Shown: positions 1 to 8,935 of the stretch, piece after piece | Numbering within the stretch: the stretch's first letter is position 1 | Layout of the letters: every line of letters starts with the position of its first letter | Virus record (IMG/VR): IMGVR_UViG_3300038336_000158 | Span: 1 to 34,755 of that record | From: a virus | Lineage: Duplodnaviria > Caudoviricetes | DNA: 34,755 nucleotides | Direction: 5' to 3' (one strand) | Program-made: the position numbers and the translations under genes | Notes under the pieces: generated by a model | Database searches by the model: none | What the model saw: the letters and a program-made list of their open reading frames with translations, nothing else | What the model was told of the DNA's origin: nothing

Positions 1-465
1 ATGGCAAAAGAAGCTTATAAAATCATAGCGCAAAACAAAAAAGCCTATCACGATTATTTTATTGATGAGACCTATGAAGCAGGTATGGTACTTGCAGGAA
101 CAGAAGTCAAATCCTTAAGACTTGGAAAAGGCAGCATAAAAGAGAGCTTTGTAAGGGTTATGGATGGTGAGATTTTTGTCACCAACATGCACATCACACC
201 TTATGAAAAGGGCAATATCTTCAATAAGGACCCGATGAGAACCAGAAAGCTCTTGTTAAACCGTTATGAGATCAATAAGATCATGGGTGCGGTTGCCATA
301 AAAGGTTATACCATCATGCCACTCAAAATCTACCTAAAAAAAGGTCGAATGAAGATGGAGATCGGTTTAGCACGCGGTAAGAAGCTCCATGACAAACGAC
401 AAGATATCGCCAAAAAAGATCAAAAAAGAATGGCTGAAAAGCAATTCAAAGTTGATAATCTGTAG
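1..465 (+). CDS. smpB: SsrA-binding protein SmpB
   Basis: Signature motifs [32 protein letters not shown] and GKKLHDKR; lies directly upstream of tmRNA. Confidence 0.98.
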   Translation: MAKEAYKIIAQNKKAYHDYFIDETYEAGMVLAGTEVKSLRLGKGSIKESFVRVMDGEIFVTNMHITPYEKGNIFNKDPMRTRKLLLNRYEINKIMGAVAIKGYTIMPLKIYLKKGRMKMEIGLARGKKLHDKRQDIAKKDQKRMAEKQFKVDNL

Positions 466-511
466 GTAGACCTACTTATTATAAAAGGTCAAAGAGACCG
501 CCTGTAAACCC

Positions 512-860
512 GGGGGTGTACAGGTTTCGACGGGGATCACTGCAGTGAAGGAAGCCATCCGTAGACACCGGAGCTACGTTAAAAGCTGGTAAAATTAAAT
601 TAAACGCTGAAGATAATTTAGCTTTCGCAGCTTAGGCTGCGGTGTCCTTCCTAGGCAACTCGCCACTTAGGGTCTGGGCAACGATTGGGCGAGGAACTTT
701 TCTACCAATGCTTTGAGGTAGTAAAAGAACCTAATTAAGCTACTAAAACCATGAGCCTGTCATTAGGCGCTTGGCAGAGGGAATGTCAAATTAATGACTC
801 TGATGGGAGAAACTTTCATGAACGGGTTTTCGGACAGGGGTTCGATTCCCCTCACCTCCA
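512..860 (+). ncRNA. ssrA: tmRNA (transfer-messenger RNA)
   Basis: 5' end GGGGGTGTACAGGTTTCGACGGGG. Acceptor stem GGGGGTG (512-518) pairs with CACCTCC (853-859), including the alanine-identity G3:U pair. T-arm AGGGG-TTCGATT-CCCCT, discriminator A860, then CTA instead of CCA. Confidence 0.96.
606..635 (+). other. tmRNA proteolysis-tag reading frame (A)AEDNLAFAA*
   Basis: Resume codon GCT follows TAAAC; frame reads GCT GAA GAT AAT TTA GCT TTC GCA GCT TAG with a typical hydrophobic AA C-terminus. Confidence 0.9.
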
Positions 861-2362
861 CTATCCATATACCTGTCCGGCTTAAAGTTAAGACGGACTT
901 CAAGAGTATCACCTAAAACGATTCTTTCAACGAACATGTTGATGAGAGTCGTTTTTTCTTTGTCCGTTTTTAAGTGCATATCTTTACCAACTAAGAGGAT
1001 ATCACGAATAGACTCAAGAGACATGATACGATCAGAAGAGTACTGCTCACGCTTAATTTCAAACTCAAGCATATCCTTTTGATGTTCTAAGTCGCTCAAT
1101 TTAGAATAGACAGAATTAAAAGCGGCACCATTGGCCAGAGCGGTCGTTAAGTTTTCAATTTGGCGCTCAAGAGAAGCCTTTTTAGTATTATACGATTTTA
1201 AAGTACTAACTGAAGTAGAAGATTGCTTTTTAAAAGCTTCGTAAATTTCTTTTGAAAGAATATCAATTTGATCATCATTAAAAACATCCTTCTCAAGCTG
1301 CAAGCATACATCCATTTCAAGGGTTTCTTTATCATAAGGCTTAAGATCGCACTCTAAACCCTTCTTCCTACCGGAACAACGATAATTACGATATTGATGC
1401 TTTCGGTCACGTCCACCCATATAGCTATTAGATTCGAGCTTGGATCCGCATTTAGAACAAAAAACCTTTCCGGATAAGATGAAAATTTCTTTCGAAGCAC
1501 TTCTCTTACTATTCTTATTATTCTCAGCCATAATCAATTGGATCCTTTCAAAATCTTCTTTTGATACGATTGCCGGTATACCGCCGTCAATAACAATCTT
1601 ATCCGGGTTTTCAATATCCTTATATCTTCCACCAACATACACACGTTTTTTATTACGATAAGTATAGACACCACAGTACTTAGGGTTATGTAAAATGCCG
1701 TGTATGCTTGTCTTACCAAAAGGCTTACCGTACTTAGTGCGATAACCAAGTTGGTCTAACCACTCCATAACATCCTTATAAACATATCCATTCAAATACA
1801 TATCAAATATCTTGCGAACAGCAATCGCCTCATGATCATCAATTACATAATATCCTTCAGAATCAATAACATACCCAAAAGGTGGTTTTCCGCCATTATG
1901 CTTAACTTTACCGATAGTATCAAACTTTCTGATGTTAGAATTCTGGCCCTTCTTAACCTCTGTAGACAAGTTCAGGCTATAATACTCGGCCCAGCCTTCA
2001 AGCATCCCTTCCATAACAACACCAAAAGGACTATCAGATATAAAAGACTCAGCAACAGGTATAACCTTAACGCCATTTTCTAAAAGCATTCGCTTATAAA
2101 TTGCCGAGTCGGCCTTGTTCCGTGAAAATCTATCCGTCTTATGGATAAGAACAAGATCAAATAAACCAGTCTTACTATCTTTAATCATGGATTGAAAAGA
2201 GGGACGATTGTCATTCGTCCCAGTCAGTTCTCTATCTATATAGTGTTTAAGAATTATGTGATTATTCTTATTAGCATATTCTTCTATGGCATTAATCTGA
2301 GCTTCAACACTTTCCTCGCGCTGGTTGTCGCTAGAATATCTGGCATATATAACAGCCTTCAT
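791..2362 (-). CDS. Large serine recombinase (phage integrase); C-terminus overlaps ssrA antisense
   Basis: N-terminal YARYSS catalytic serine, RPSFQSM and DRFSRN motifs, recombinase domain (GGKPPFGY, LHNPKYCG, PAIVSKEDF), Zn ribbon CSKC...YRC...C, and coiled coil. Confidence 0.95.
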   Translation of the reverse strand: MKAVIYARYSSDNQREESVEAQINAIEEYANKNNHIILKHYIDRELTGTNDNRPSFQSMIKDSKTGLFDLVLIHKTDRFSRNKADSAIYKRMLLENGVKVIPVAESFISDSPFGVVMEGMLEGWAEYYSLNLSTEVKKGQNSNIRKFDTIGKVKHNGGKPPFGYVIDSEGYYVIDDHEAIAVRKIFDMYLNGYVYKDVMEWLDQLGYRTKYGKPFGKTSIHGILHNPKYCGVYTYRNKKRVYVGGRYKDIENPDKIVIDGGIPAIVSKEDFERIQLIMAENNKNSKRSASKEIFILSGKVFCSKCGSKLESNSYMGGRDRKHQYRNYRCSGRKKGLECDLKPYDKETLEMDVCLQLEKDVFNDDQIDILSKEIYEAFKKQSSTSVSTLKSYNTKKASLERQIENLTTALANGAAFNSVYSKLSDLEHQKDMLEFEIKREQYSSDRIMSLESIRDILLVGKDMHLKTDKEKTTLINMFVERIVLGDTLEVRLNFKPDRYMDSGGEGNRTPVRKPVHESFSHQSH

Positions 2363-2373
2363 ATCAACACATC

Positions 2374-2733
2374 CTATTCTTTATTAGAGGCATCAACAAC
2401 TTTTTTCATAAACTCATATAAGTTCTTCTTGGTATCATCATTGAGCTTCATCCACTCGGTGATCACAGCTCTATCAAGATCAGTTGCTTTAGCTGCATAA
2501 GTACCAAGGTCATAAGCAAAATCATCATTTTTAAACATTTCGCCTTCACCGGTACGTAGCCAATCTTCGTTAACTCCAAACTCAGAGCATATCTGGGAAA
2601 TATGAATATCCTTCATAATTCTCTGACCAGTTTCCAACATGGCTAAAGTTGATTGACCAATTCGTATATTTTGACTAAATTCCCTTTGACTAATCCCTAA
2701 ACTCTCCCTTAATTGCTTTAAACGTTCATTCAT
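2374..2733 (-). CDS. XRE-family HTH phage repressor (CI-like, no peptidase domain)
   Basis: MNERLKQLRESLGISQREFS...LAMLETGQR...VNEDWLRTGEGEMF; GGAGGTG RBS; transcribed with the integrase. Confidence 0.9.
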   Translation of the reverse strand: MNERLKQLRESLGISQREFSQNIRIGQSTLAMLETGQRIMKDIHISQICSEFGVNEDWLRTGEGEMFKNDDFAYDLGTYAAKATDLDRAVITEWMKLNDDTKKNLYEFMKKVVDASNKE

Positions 2734-2755
2734 GTTGTTTCACCTCCATAAATAA

Positions 2756-2850
2756 AATATAGCACAAATGCAATCACAATGCAATCAAAACAGCAAAAAT
2801 CTATTGACTTAATGATTACATAGTGATATTATCTAATTACAAAGCAATCA
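2756..2850. promoter_or_regulatory. Lysis/lysogeny switch: divergent sigma-A promoters and three 17-bp operators
   Basis: Rightward promoter TTGACT (2804-2809), 17 bp, TGnTATTAT (2827-2832). Leftward promoter TTGCAT (2784-2779), 17 bp, TGnTATATT (2761-2756). Imperfect palindromes CAATCACaatGCAATCA (2771-2787), TGATTACataGTGATAT (2813-2829) and TAATTACaaaGCAATCA (2834-2850). Confidence 0.75.
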
Positions 2851-2886
2851 GACAAGCAAGAAACTAACAGAAAAGAGGTGAGACAG

Positions 2887-3015
2887 ATGGCAAAAACAGT
2901 TGAAAAGGAAATCATCGATTTACTAGAGCAATCAGATGAGAAGACAAAAGAAAAGCTACTACTAATACTCAAATGGGAAGCGGCTAAAAATAAAAATGAC
3001 AACAAAGCATCATAA
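2887..3015 (+). CDS. Small early protein (42 aa) in the cro position
   Basis: Not in the ORF track; GAGGTG RBS, MAKTVEKEIIDLLEQSDEKTKEKLLLILKWEAAKNKNDNKAS. Confidence 0.7.
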   Translation: MAKTVEKEIIDLLEQSDEKTKEKLLLILKWEAAKNKNDNKAS

Positions 3016-3030
3016 GAAAAGAGGTGCAAC

Positions 3031-3237
3031 ATGAAAGTAATTGTAACATATGCCGGTGACTACCTATCTGATGGTACACCGGCAAAAACACAATCAGAAG
3101 TAATGAAAGAGCTGGCCAAGTATTACGCTAATGAACTCATACAGATGCAAAACGACGGAAGGCTAGACCAATGGTTCAAAGATCACCCTGAGCACAAGAG
3201 AAAAGAAGCTGAGGTCATTCAATTTGCACAGAGATAG
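3031..3237 (+). CDS. Hypothetical phage early protein
   Basis: GAGGTG RBS; operon context. Confidence 0.7.
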   Translation: MKVIVTYAGDYLSDGTPAKTQSEVMKELAKYYANELIQMQNDGRLDQWFKDHPEHKRKEAEVIQFAQR

Positions 3238-3248
3238 GAAGGAGAAAA
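3210..3248 (+). repeat. 39-bp direct repeat, copy 1
   Basis: TGAGGTCATTCAATTTG-cacagag-ATAGGAAGGAGAAAA; 35/39 identical to 4477-4515. Confidence 0.85.
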
Positions 3249-3256
3249 TCATAATT

Positions 3257-3574
3257 ATGAAAAAACACATTACCGTAGAACAATTATTAGAAATAACAGG
3301 TGAAAAACGAATACCAGGATCAGATGATCGCCCGTTTGACCACACTCAAATGTATAGAGTACAAAGATGTAAGGCTGACTTTAACATTGGAAGCATGATT
3401 GAGTTTATTGAAATGCAAGAAGAAAAATATAGAATCCGAGAAATGAAACATGATGAAAGATGGATCATTGAGCTAGATGGATATTTCTATACGGGAATAG
3501 AACTGTGCGACGCATTGTTCGAAGCGATGAAGTATGTAGTGGAAGAATTAAGAAAAAAAGAACTCAAACAGTAA
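3257..3574 (+). CDS. Hypothetical phage protein
   Basis: AAGGAG RBS upstream of ATG 3257 (MKKHITVEQLLE). Confidence 0.7.
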   Translation: MKKHITVEQLLEITGEKRIPGSDDRPFDHTQMYRVQRCKADFNIGSMIEFIEMQEEKYRIREMKHDERWIIELDGYFYTGIELCDALFEAMKYVVEELRKKELKQ

Positions 3575-3584
3575 GGAGATAATC

Positions 3585-3812
3585 ATGGATATAAAAGAAA
3601 TTGAAAAAAGAAAAGAGGAATATGAAATGAGTAGAAAAAAACTAGAAGCCTTTGCATTAGAAGTATTAGATCAATGTGAAAACAAAGGCTTCACACTAGA
3701 AGAGGTTAAAGACTTACCCAACTACATAGAAGAGCAAACAAGATATGCAGTACTTAGGCACATGAGAAACGTTGAGTTTCAACATATCAAGAGCCAAACC
3801 AAAGAAAGTTAA
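3585..3812 (+). CDS. Hypothetical phage protein
   Basis: AAGGAG RBS; 75 aa. Confidence 0.7.
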   Translation: MDIKEIEKRKEEYEMSRKKLEAFALEVLDQCENKGFTLEEVKDLPNYIEEQTRYAVLRHMRNVEFQHIKSQTKES

Positions 3813-3979
3813 GTGCCACGAGTTAGATATCCATATAGATCGTCGTAAGCAATCTTATAAGCCTCAAAGACACTCAATGAATCACTCTTAATGCTCTCAT
3901 CGTCAAGTTGCCGCTTGACACAGAGTAAAGCAAGATCATGAGCTATATCTATAGGATTTTGCTTAATAGGTTCATCCAT
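3809..3979 (-). CDS. Small reverse-strand accessory gene (moron-like)
   Basis: AAAGGTG RBS before ATG 3979 and its own extended -10 TGcTAGAAT; stop overlaps the convergent gene. Confidence 0.65.
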   Translation of the reverse strand: MDEPIKQNPIDIAHDLALLCVKRQLDDESIKSDSLSVFEAYKIAYDDLYGYLTRGT

Positions 3980-4055
3980 GCTATTCAACACCTTTCAAAA
4001 CAATTCTAGCACAAGGGGTGAAGACGAACAACAGAAAGGAAGAGAGAAAAGAAGA

Positions 4056-4463
4056 ATGAAGCATGATTACACAGCGTTTGCAAAAAATATGAAAGATGCA
4101 TGGGACAGAACGTTTGCAAAAAATGTAAAAGATGCATATGACAGAATCAGTACAGGAAGAGCAAACATCAATGATATTAGAAAGGAAATAGGATTAGAAC
4201 CCATAGATGATGAAGGCTTTAACGAATATATTATTAAAGAAAGGAAACGGCCACCAATGACAACCATAAAAGTTGAAGAAATAGGAGAAGAAAAAATGGA
4301 AAAGAATATAATACAAATACTTGAAGAACAAGCATCACAACTAGCGGAACGGAATAAGAATATCGGTGATATTGAACAAATAAGAAGAAATACTGAAACA
4401 ATCATTAGCGCAGCAAGTGTAATCATCATGGCAGAAGATAAAAACTTCAAGTCGTCAACCTAA
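4056..4463 (+). CDS. Hypothetical protein with an internal 12-aa tandem duplication; possibly two fused genes
   Basis: FAKNMKDAWDRT/FAKNVKDAYDRI; a second AGGAG RBS and ATG near 4296 (MEKNII). Confidence 0.55.
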   Translation: MKHDYTAFAKNMKDAWDRTFAKNVKDAYDRISTGRANINDIRKEIGLEPIDDEGFNEYIIKERKRPPMTTIKVEEIGEEKMEKNIIQILEEQASQLAERNKNIGDIEQIRRNTETIISAASVIIMAEDKNFKSST

Positions 4464-4476
4464 AAAATTTAGAATA

Positions 4477-4515
4477 TGAGGTCATTCAATTTGAAATGGG
4501 ATAGGAAGGAGAAAA
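4477..4515 (+). repeat. 39-bp direct repeat, copy 2
   Basis: TGAGGTCATTCAATTTG-aaatggg-ATAGGAAGGAGAAAA. Confidence 0.85.
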
Positions 4516-4518
4516 AAG

Positions 4519-4638
4519 GTGACAGCCAAATGTACTAAGTGCCAAAACCACTGGAACATAAGCACACAAAAAAAGAACAAACATCTTAAAAATTATGTTT
4601 GTCCTATGTGTTTCAAAAGAAAGAAGGTTAAAGGATGA
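4519..4638 (+). CDS. Small Zn-ribbon protein (39 aa)
   Basis: Not in the ORF track; AAGGAG RBS, GTG start, CTKC...CPMC; ATGA overlap with the next gene. Confidence 0.65.
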   Translation: MTAKCTKCQNHWNISTQKKNKHLKNYVCPMCFKRKKVKG

Positions 4639-4868
4639 AAAAGCGAATAAGCAAGGAAAACTCAATACGTATGAAAAAAATAGAAGAGTTAACGAAATTA
4701 GACTTATCGAATGAAAAAGAAACAATATTTATCAGAGTTATACAACCTCGAAGATTGGATATAAGCGCTCCAAGTCATAAATGTTTAATGGGTCACCGGG
4801 AAGAGCTGGAACACCAGATTCAGATAAAAAAAGCTGCATGTGCAATAAAGAAGCTTGAATTACTCTAG
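4635..4868 (+). CDS. Hypothetical protein (3' half overlaps the reverse-strand gene)
   Basis: ATGA coupling with the upstream ORF; the C-terminal part may be read-through into the inserted reverse gene. Confidence 0.45.
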   Translation: MKKRISKENSIRMKKIEELTKLDLSNEKETIFIRVIQPRRLDISAPSHKCLMGHREELEHQIQIKKAACAIKKLELL

Positions 4869-5037
4869 ACTCATTCTTATGAATTTGTGAATAAGGAGAC
4901 TTCAACTTTTCAATAGCAGAGTTCGCATCACCAAGGTTTCTCATTTGCTCACTAAAACTAAGTGTATTAATATAATCGCTTTTCAAAAATTCAAGACAAG
5001 TAACGAGAGTGACAACATCTTCAGTACTAAGTTCCAA
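4738..5037 (-). CDS. Reverse-strand accessory gene (moron-like), 99 aa
   Basis: AAAGGTG RBS, TTG start, its own extended -10 TGaTATTCT; local strand composition flips. Confidence 0.65.
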   Translation of the reverse strand: MELSTEDVVTLVTCLEFLKSDYINTLSFSEQMRNLGDANSAIEKLKSPYSQIHKNESRVIQASLLHMQLFLSESGVPALPGDPLNIYDLERLYPIFEVV

Positions 5038-5118
5038 AAAATCACACCTTTCAAAATATATTTACAATTAGAATATCAGAAAGTTAAAGATTAATCAAAC
5101 GAAGAAAGAAGGGAAAGT

Positions 5119-5886
5119 ATGGACAACCTGAAAATCATAGAGACAACAGGACTGATCATCATATATGAAACAGATAAAGGGGAAAAAGTAGTAAACGCAA
5201 GAGAACTGCACCAGGGACTAGAAAGCAAACAAGACTTTTCAACATGGATAAAAAAGAGAATCGAAGATACAGACGCCGAGGAAAACCAACACTATATCCG
5301 TCTCCATAAAAAAATGGAAGCGAATAACGCTACATTAATCGAGTACATCCTCAAACTGGACACGGCTAAAGAAATGGCCATGCTAGAAAGAAATGACAAA
5401 GGCAGAGAATACCGTAGGTATTTCATTGAAATTGAGAAAAAGTTCAAACAAAACCTTCTTGATTCAAGAAACCTTAGCCCGGAACTTCAATTACTAACCG
5501 GACTACTAAATCAACTAGCAGCTCAAGAACTGGCCACAAAGGAAATAAAGCAAGAAGTACAAGATATGAGAGACGTAATCTCACTAGACTCAACATCATG
5601 GAGAAAAGAAGGACACGCCTTAATAGTAAAGGCGGCTAACAAACTTGGAGGTAACGAATATATCAAAACCTTAACAAACGAAACCTACAGACTACTAGAG
5701 CATCGATTCGGCGTCAATTTGAACCAAAGGTTAATAAACAAGAAAAGAAGACTTGCAGAAGAAGGCATATGTAAATCTAAAAGAGAAAAACTCAATAAGA
5801 TGGATATTATAAGTGAAGACAAAAAACTCATTGAAGGATATGTGATCATAGCAAAGGAACTGGCAATCAAGTACGGAGTAGCTTAG
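5119..5886 (+). CDS. AntA/AntB-family phage antirepressor
   Basis: VNARELHQGLESKQDFSTWIKKRI...EYILKLDTAKEMAM...GREYRRYFIEIEK. Confidence 0.92.
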   Translation: MDNLKIIETTGLIIIYETDKGEKVVNARELHQGLESKQDFSTWIKKRIEDTDAEENQHYIRLHKKMEANNATLIEYILKLDTAKEMAMLERNDKGREYRRYFIEIEKKFKQNLLDSRNLSPELQLLTGLLNQLAAQELATKEIKQEVQDMRDVISLDSTSWRKEGHALIVKAANKLGGNEYIKTLTNETYRLLEHRFGVNLNQRLINKKRRLAEEGICKSKREKLNKMDIISEDKKLIEGYVIIAKELAIKYGVA

Positions 5887-5897
5887 GGGGTAATTAA

Positions 5898-6074
5898 ATG
5901 TTTTACATAAAATATGGAATGTATGAAGAAGCAACACTGGCAGTACCTATCACGACTGAAAATGTATTTACCAAATGCAACAAGTGTGAGCGTGAAATCA
6001 AGGTTGACCTAGAGGAAATATTAAAAGATGGTGACCTTACTTCAACAAAACTAGTGTGCCAAGAGTGCATATAA
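5898..6074 (+). CDS. Small Zn-binding protein (58 aa)
   Basis: Not in the ORF track; AGGGGG RBS, ENVFTKCNKC...VCQEC. Confidence 0.75.
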   Translation: MFYIKYGMYEEATLAVPITTENVFTKCNKCEREIKVDLEEILKDGDLTSTKLVCQECI

Positions 6075-6093
6075 GAAAAACAGGAGGAAACAA

Positions 6094-6639
6094 ATGATAT
6101 TAAAAGCCATAGAGCAACTATGTAAGCACAGTAAAATCATAGTTCTACTTGAAACCGAATATGAACAATGGATATCAGACGGATACGCCATCTATCCACT
6201 GATAAAGATGCCAAAGCTAACAGAAGAAACCATATTCACGGTATTGAACATACCTGAAGACAAGAAAAAGAAATACACCATCAGAGTAGAAGAGATGCCT
6301 AAATCATATTGCATCGAAGACATCGCAGATCACGAAAGACAAATCGAAAAGAAGTGGTTTCAGATTGAAGAATCTATCCCCTTACAAACATCGCAAGGCG
6401 TTCAGTTCATACAATCAAGATCCTTAAAACCAGTAAGTGACATAGAACAGATGAGCCTATGGGAAAGATCCACAGAAGCGGGACACACATACTTTGTAGT
6501 TAAAGACGGAATGATGATAAGAGCCATCGTACTACCTCATAGAATCCTATCAAAAACAATGGTAGAGAACCTGCAGCAGTTAGCCAATCAATGTCAAATG
6601 ACACTGGATAACCAAACAATGGAGATGGAAGATGAGTAA
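6094..6639 (+). CDS. Conserved hypothetical phage protein
   Basis: AGGAGG RBS; 181 aa, QWISDGYAIYP motif. Confidence 0.8.
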   Translation: MILKAIEQLCKHSKIIVLLETEYEQWISDGYAIYPLIKMPKLTEETIFTVLNIPEDKKKKYTIRVEEMPKSYCIEDIADHERQIEKKWFQIEESIPLQTSQGVQFIQSRSLKPVSDIEQMSLWERSTEAGHTYFVVKDGMMIRAIVLPHRILSKTMVENLQQLANQCQMTLDNQTMEMEDE

Positions 6640-6910
6640 ATCCAAACACCAAGGCCATGATATAGAATACTTGAACGATAAATGGGTATTTAGCGATACA
6701 AAAAAACCTATATTAGAGAATAGTGACAGACCATGCAAAAACTGTGGTAAAAAGTCAACAAAAGAAGGCCATGATAGTTGTTTAGGGAAAATGAGTGGAG
6801 TAATAAATGCATGTTGTGGACATGGAAACGAAAAGGAAGCATACATACAGTTTGTTGATGGAAAAATTATTAGAGGTAAAGACGCGATAGAAATTCAAAA
6901 AAGCAAATGA
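6632..6910 (+). CDS. Cys/His-rich hypothetical protein
   Basis: RPCKNCGK...EGHDSCLG...NACCGHG. Confidence 0.75.
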   Translation: MSKSKHQGHDIEYLNDKWVFSDTKKPILENSDRPCKNCGKKSTKEGHDSCLGKMSGVINACCGHGNEKEAYIQFVDGKIIRGKDAIEIQKSK

Positions 6911-6926
6911 ATAAGGAGTCAAAACA

Positions 6927-7175
6927 ATGACACAGGATGAAACATTGGAAGAAGCATTAATTGCTAATGCTAAAAAAATAGAAGAGGCATTAATTGCCGG
7001 CATCGTAGCTGCTAAAGAGCTACTATCAATAGCTAAAGCAGCAGGAGACAAGAATAAAATTACTTGGTGTAACAGAATAATAAAAAATGAAGAACAAGAC
7101 CTGAGAGATATTCAAATAAAAATCAAGAAAGAGGGAAACACTAATGGAAAATCAAATACAAATGATACCAATTGA
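6927..7175 (+). CDS. Hypothetical coiled-coil protein
   Basis: AAGGAG RBS; 82 aa. Confidence 0.7.
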   Translation: MTQDETLEEALIANAKKIEEALIAGIVAAKELLSIAKAAGDKNKITWCNRIIKNEEQDLRDIQIKIKKEGNTNGKSNTNDTN

Positions 7176-8511
7176 AAAACTAAACAGTCACCCATTAAAC
7201 CCAAGAAAGCAAAGCTACATCAATCAACCGGAACTCAAAGAGCTAGAAGAATCAATCAAAGAAAATGGCGTCATGCAAAACCTAACAGTCGTGCCTTGGT
7301 ACTCTCAAATAACAGGAGTTGGAGCGGACGAGCCCGAACAACAAGAAAGAATGGGATATCTCGTAGTAATCGGTAACCGTAGACTAGCAGCTGCTAAAAA
7401 CGCAGGACTAAAAGAATTACCATGTATGATCACAACCATGGACAAGAAAACCCAAGTGGCCATCATGCTCATGGAAAACATGCAAAGAGCAGACCTAACT
7501 CTAATCGAACAAGCAGAAGGCTTTCAGATGATGATGGACCTTGGAGAAACCTTCAGTTCAATATCCACCATGACCGGACTATCAGAATCAACAGTAAGAA
7601 GACGCGCCAAGCTTCTAGAGCTAGACAAAGAAGCTCTAACAGAATCAGTTGAAAGAGGCGGCAGCATAACGGACTACGTGGAACTAGATAAAGTAAAGGA
7701 TCCTGAGCTAAAGAACAAAGTACTAAAGACAATCGGAACAAATAACTTTAACAATGAACTCCTAAGAGCAATACAAAAAGAAGAGTCAATGGCCAAAGAT
7801 GCCAGGATAGTAGAAGTATTAAGTCAGTATGGTACCCAAGTGGAAAGTAGGGAAGATGCCAAAGAACAGGGTTACGGATACGCAACATGGGTAACTTCAG
7901 AAGAAAGAATACAAGAAGAGCTAGAAAAAGGAAGAATAGACCATGGTTTACTCTTCTCAAAAGCAGCATGGAACTTTGAAATATACATGCCGGTAATTGA
8001 AGAAGAAGAAGTAGAAGTAGACAACTACAAAGTAGAACAAGCCAAAAGAGACAAACAAAATCTATTAATTGAAGAAGCAAAAGAAATTTCCAACAGACAC
8101 CGCAAACTCCGAAAAGATTTTGTATTAAATATAAGCAATACAAAAGCCAAAAAGCACTTGAAAGAAATCATTGAAATGGTATTTCTAGAAATGGACTGGT
8201 ACGGAAACAGCGACCCGTGGGATATAGCAGAACAAATGGGACACCAAAACTTAGATGATGATGAGTGGACAATGGATAAAGTCAAAGAAGTTCTAAAAGA
8301 CCAACATGAAAAAGGATTGCTGCTAATGGCATATGAATACCACAATGATAGCAGCCATATGCAATGGAATGGCAACTACATGGTTAATGAAAAGCTCATA
8401 GAAGTATACAACTTCCTAGAAAGATTAGGATATAAGAAATCACTCGAAGAAACTCAGATGGAAGATGGCACCCATGAAATCTATGCAAAGATAAAAGAAG
8501 CAAGAGAATAA
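7144..8511 (+). CDS. ParB/Spo0J-like protein with long C-terminal extension
   Basis: HPLNPRK, LEESIKENGVMQNL, GNRRLAAA, ENMQRADLT, then an HTH. Confidence 0.9.
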   Translation: MENQIQMIPIEKLNSHPLNPRKQSYINQPELKELEESIKENGVMQNLTVVPWYSQITGVGADEPEQQERMGYLVVIGNRRLAAAKNAGLKELPCMITTMDKKTQVAIMLMENMQRADLTLIEQAEGFQMMMDLGETFSSISTMTGLSESTVRRRAKLLELDKEALTESVERGGSITDYVELDKVKDPELKNKVLKTIGTNNFNNELLRAIQKEESMAKDARIVEVLSQYGTQVESREDAKEQGYGYATWVTSEERIQEELEKGRIDHGLLFSKAAWNFEIYMPVIEEEEVEVDNYKVEQAKRDKQNLLIEEAKEISNRHRKLRKDFVLNISNTKAKKHLKEIIEMVFLEMDWYGNSDPWDIAEQMGHQNLDDDEWTMDKVKEVLKDQHEKGLLLMAYEYHNDSSHMQWNGNYMVNEKLIEVYNFLERLGYKKSLEETQMEDGTHEIYAKIKEARE

Positions 8512-8526
8512 AGAAAGAGGTTAATC

Positions 8527-8871
8527 ATGGCGTGGATATCAGCAGAAGAGTTTGTAAGAAAGCACACTGAAAAACAGATAAACGAAGAGCTGACATTAGG
8601 GATGAAAAAGAATAAGAAAAAATCAGCCCCAAAAAGGACAAGAAGTACAAAGACAAATTATGAGGCTGTAATAGCCTTAGTAAAAAAGAGAGAAACTTTA
8701 AGCAAATCAGAAATCCTCAAAACCTTAGAAGTAGACGAGGATATTTGCACAAAAACGGACTTTAGCACTTACATTTACCGAATCAGAAAAATAGCTCAAA
8801 AAGAAGGGTATAGATTTGAAAGAAATGGTGACCATTATTCCGGAACCAAGTTGAAAGAGGTGGAAAGGTGA
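8527..8871 (+). CDS. Hypothetical basic protein, possible winged-helix C-terminus
   Basis: GAGG RBS; FSTYIYRIRK segment. Confidence 0.65.
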   Translation: MAWISAEEFVRKHTEKQINEELTLGMKKNKKKSAPKRTRSTKTNYEAVIALVKKRETLSKSEILKTLEVDEDICTKTDFSTYIYRIRKIAQKEGYRFERNGDHYSGTKLKEVER

Positions 8872-8935
8872 AAAAGCTAATATCTACCATAACAGAGAAA
8901 ATCAAACGAAGAAAACGAGTAAAGAGGTGGAAAAG

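Noticed and set aside
7144-8511. Plasmid-prophage partition system
   Set aside because: No ParA ATPase or evident parS array is present, and the element is integrated.
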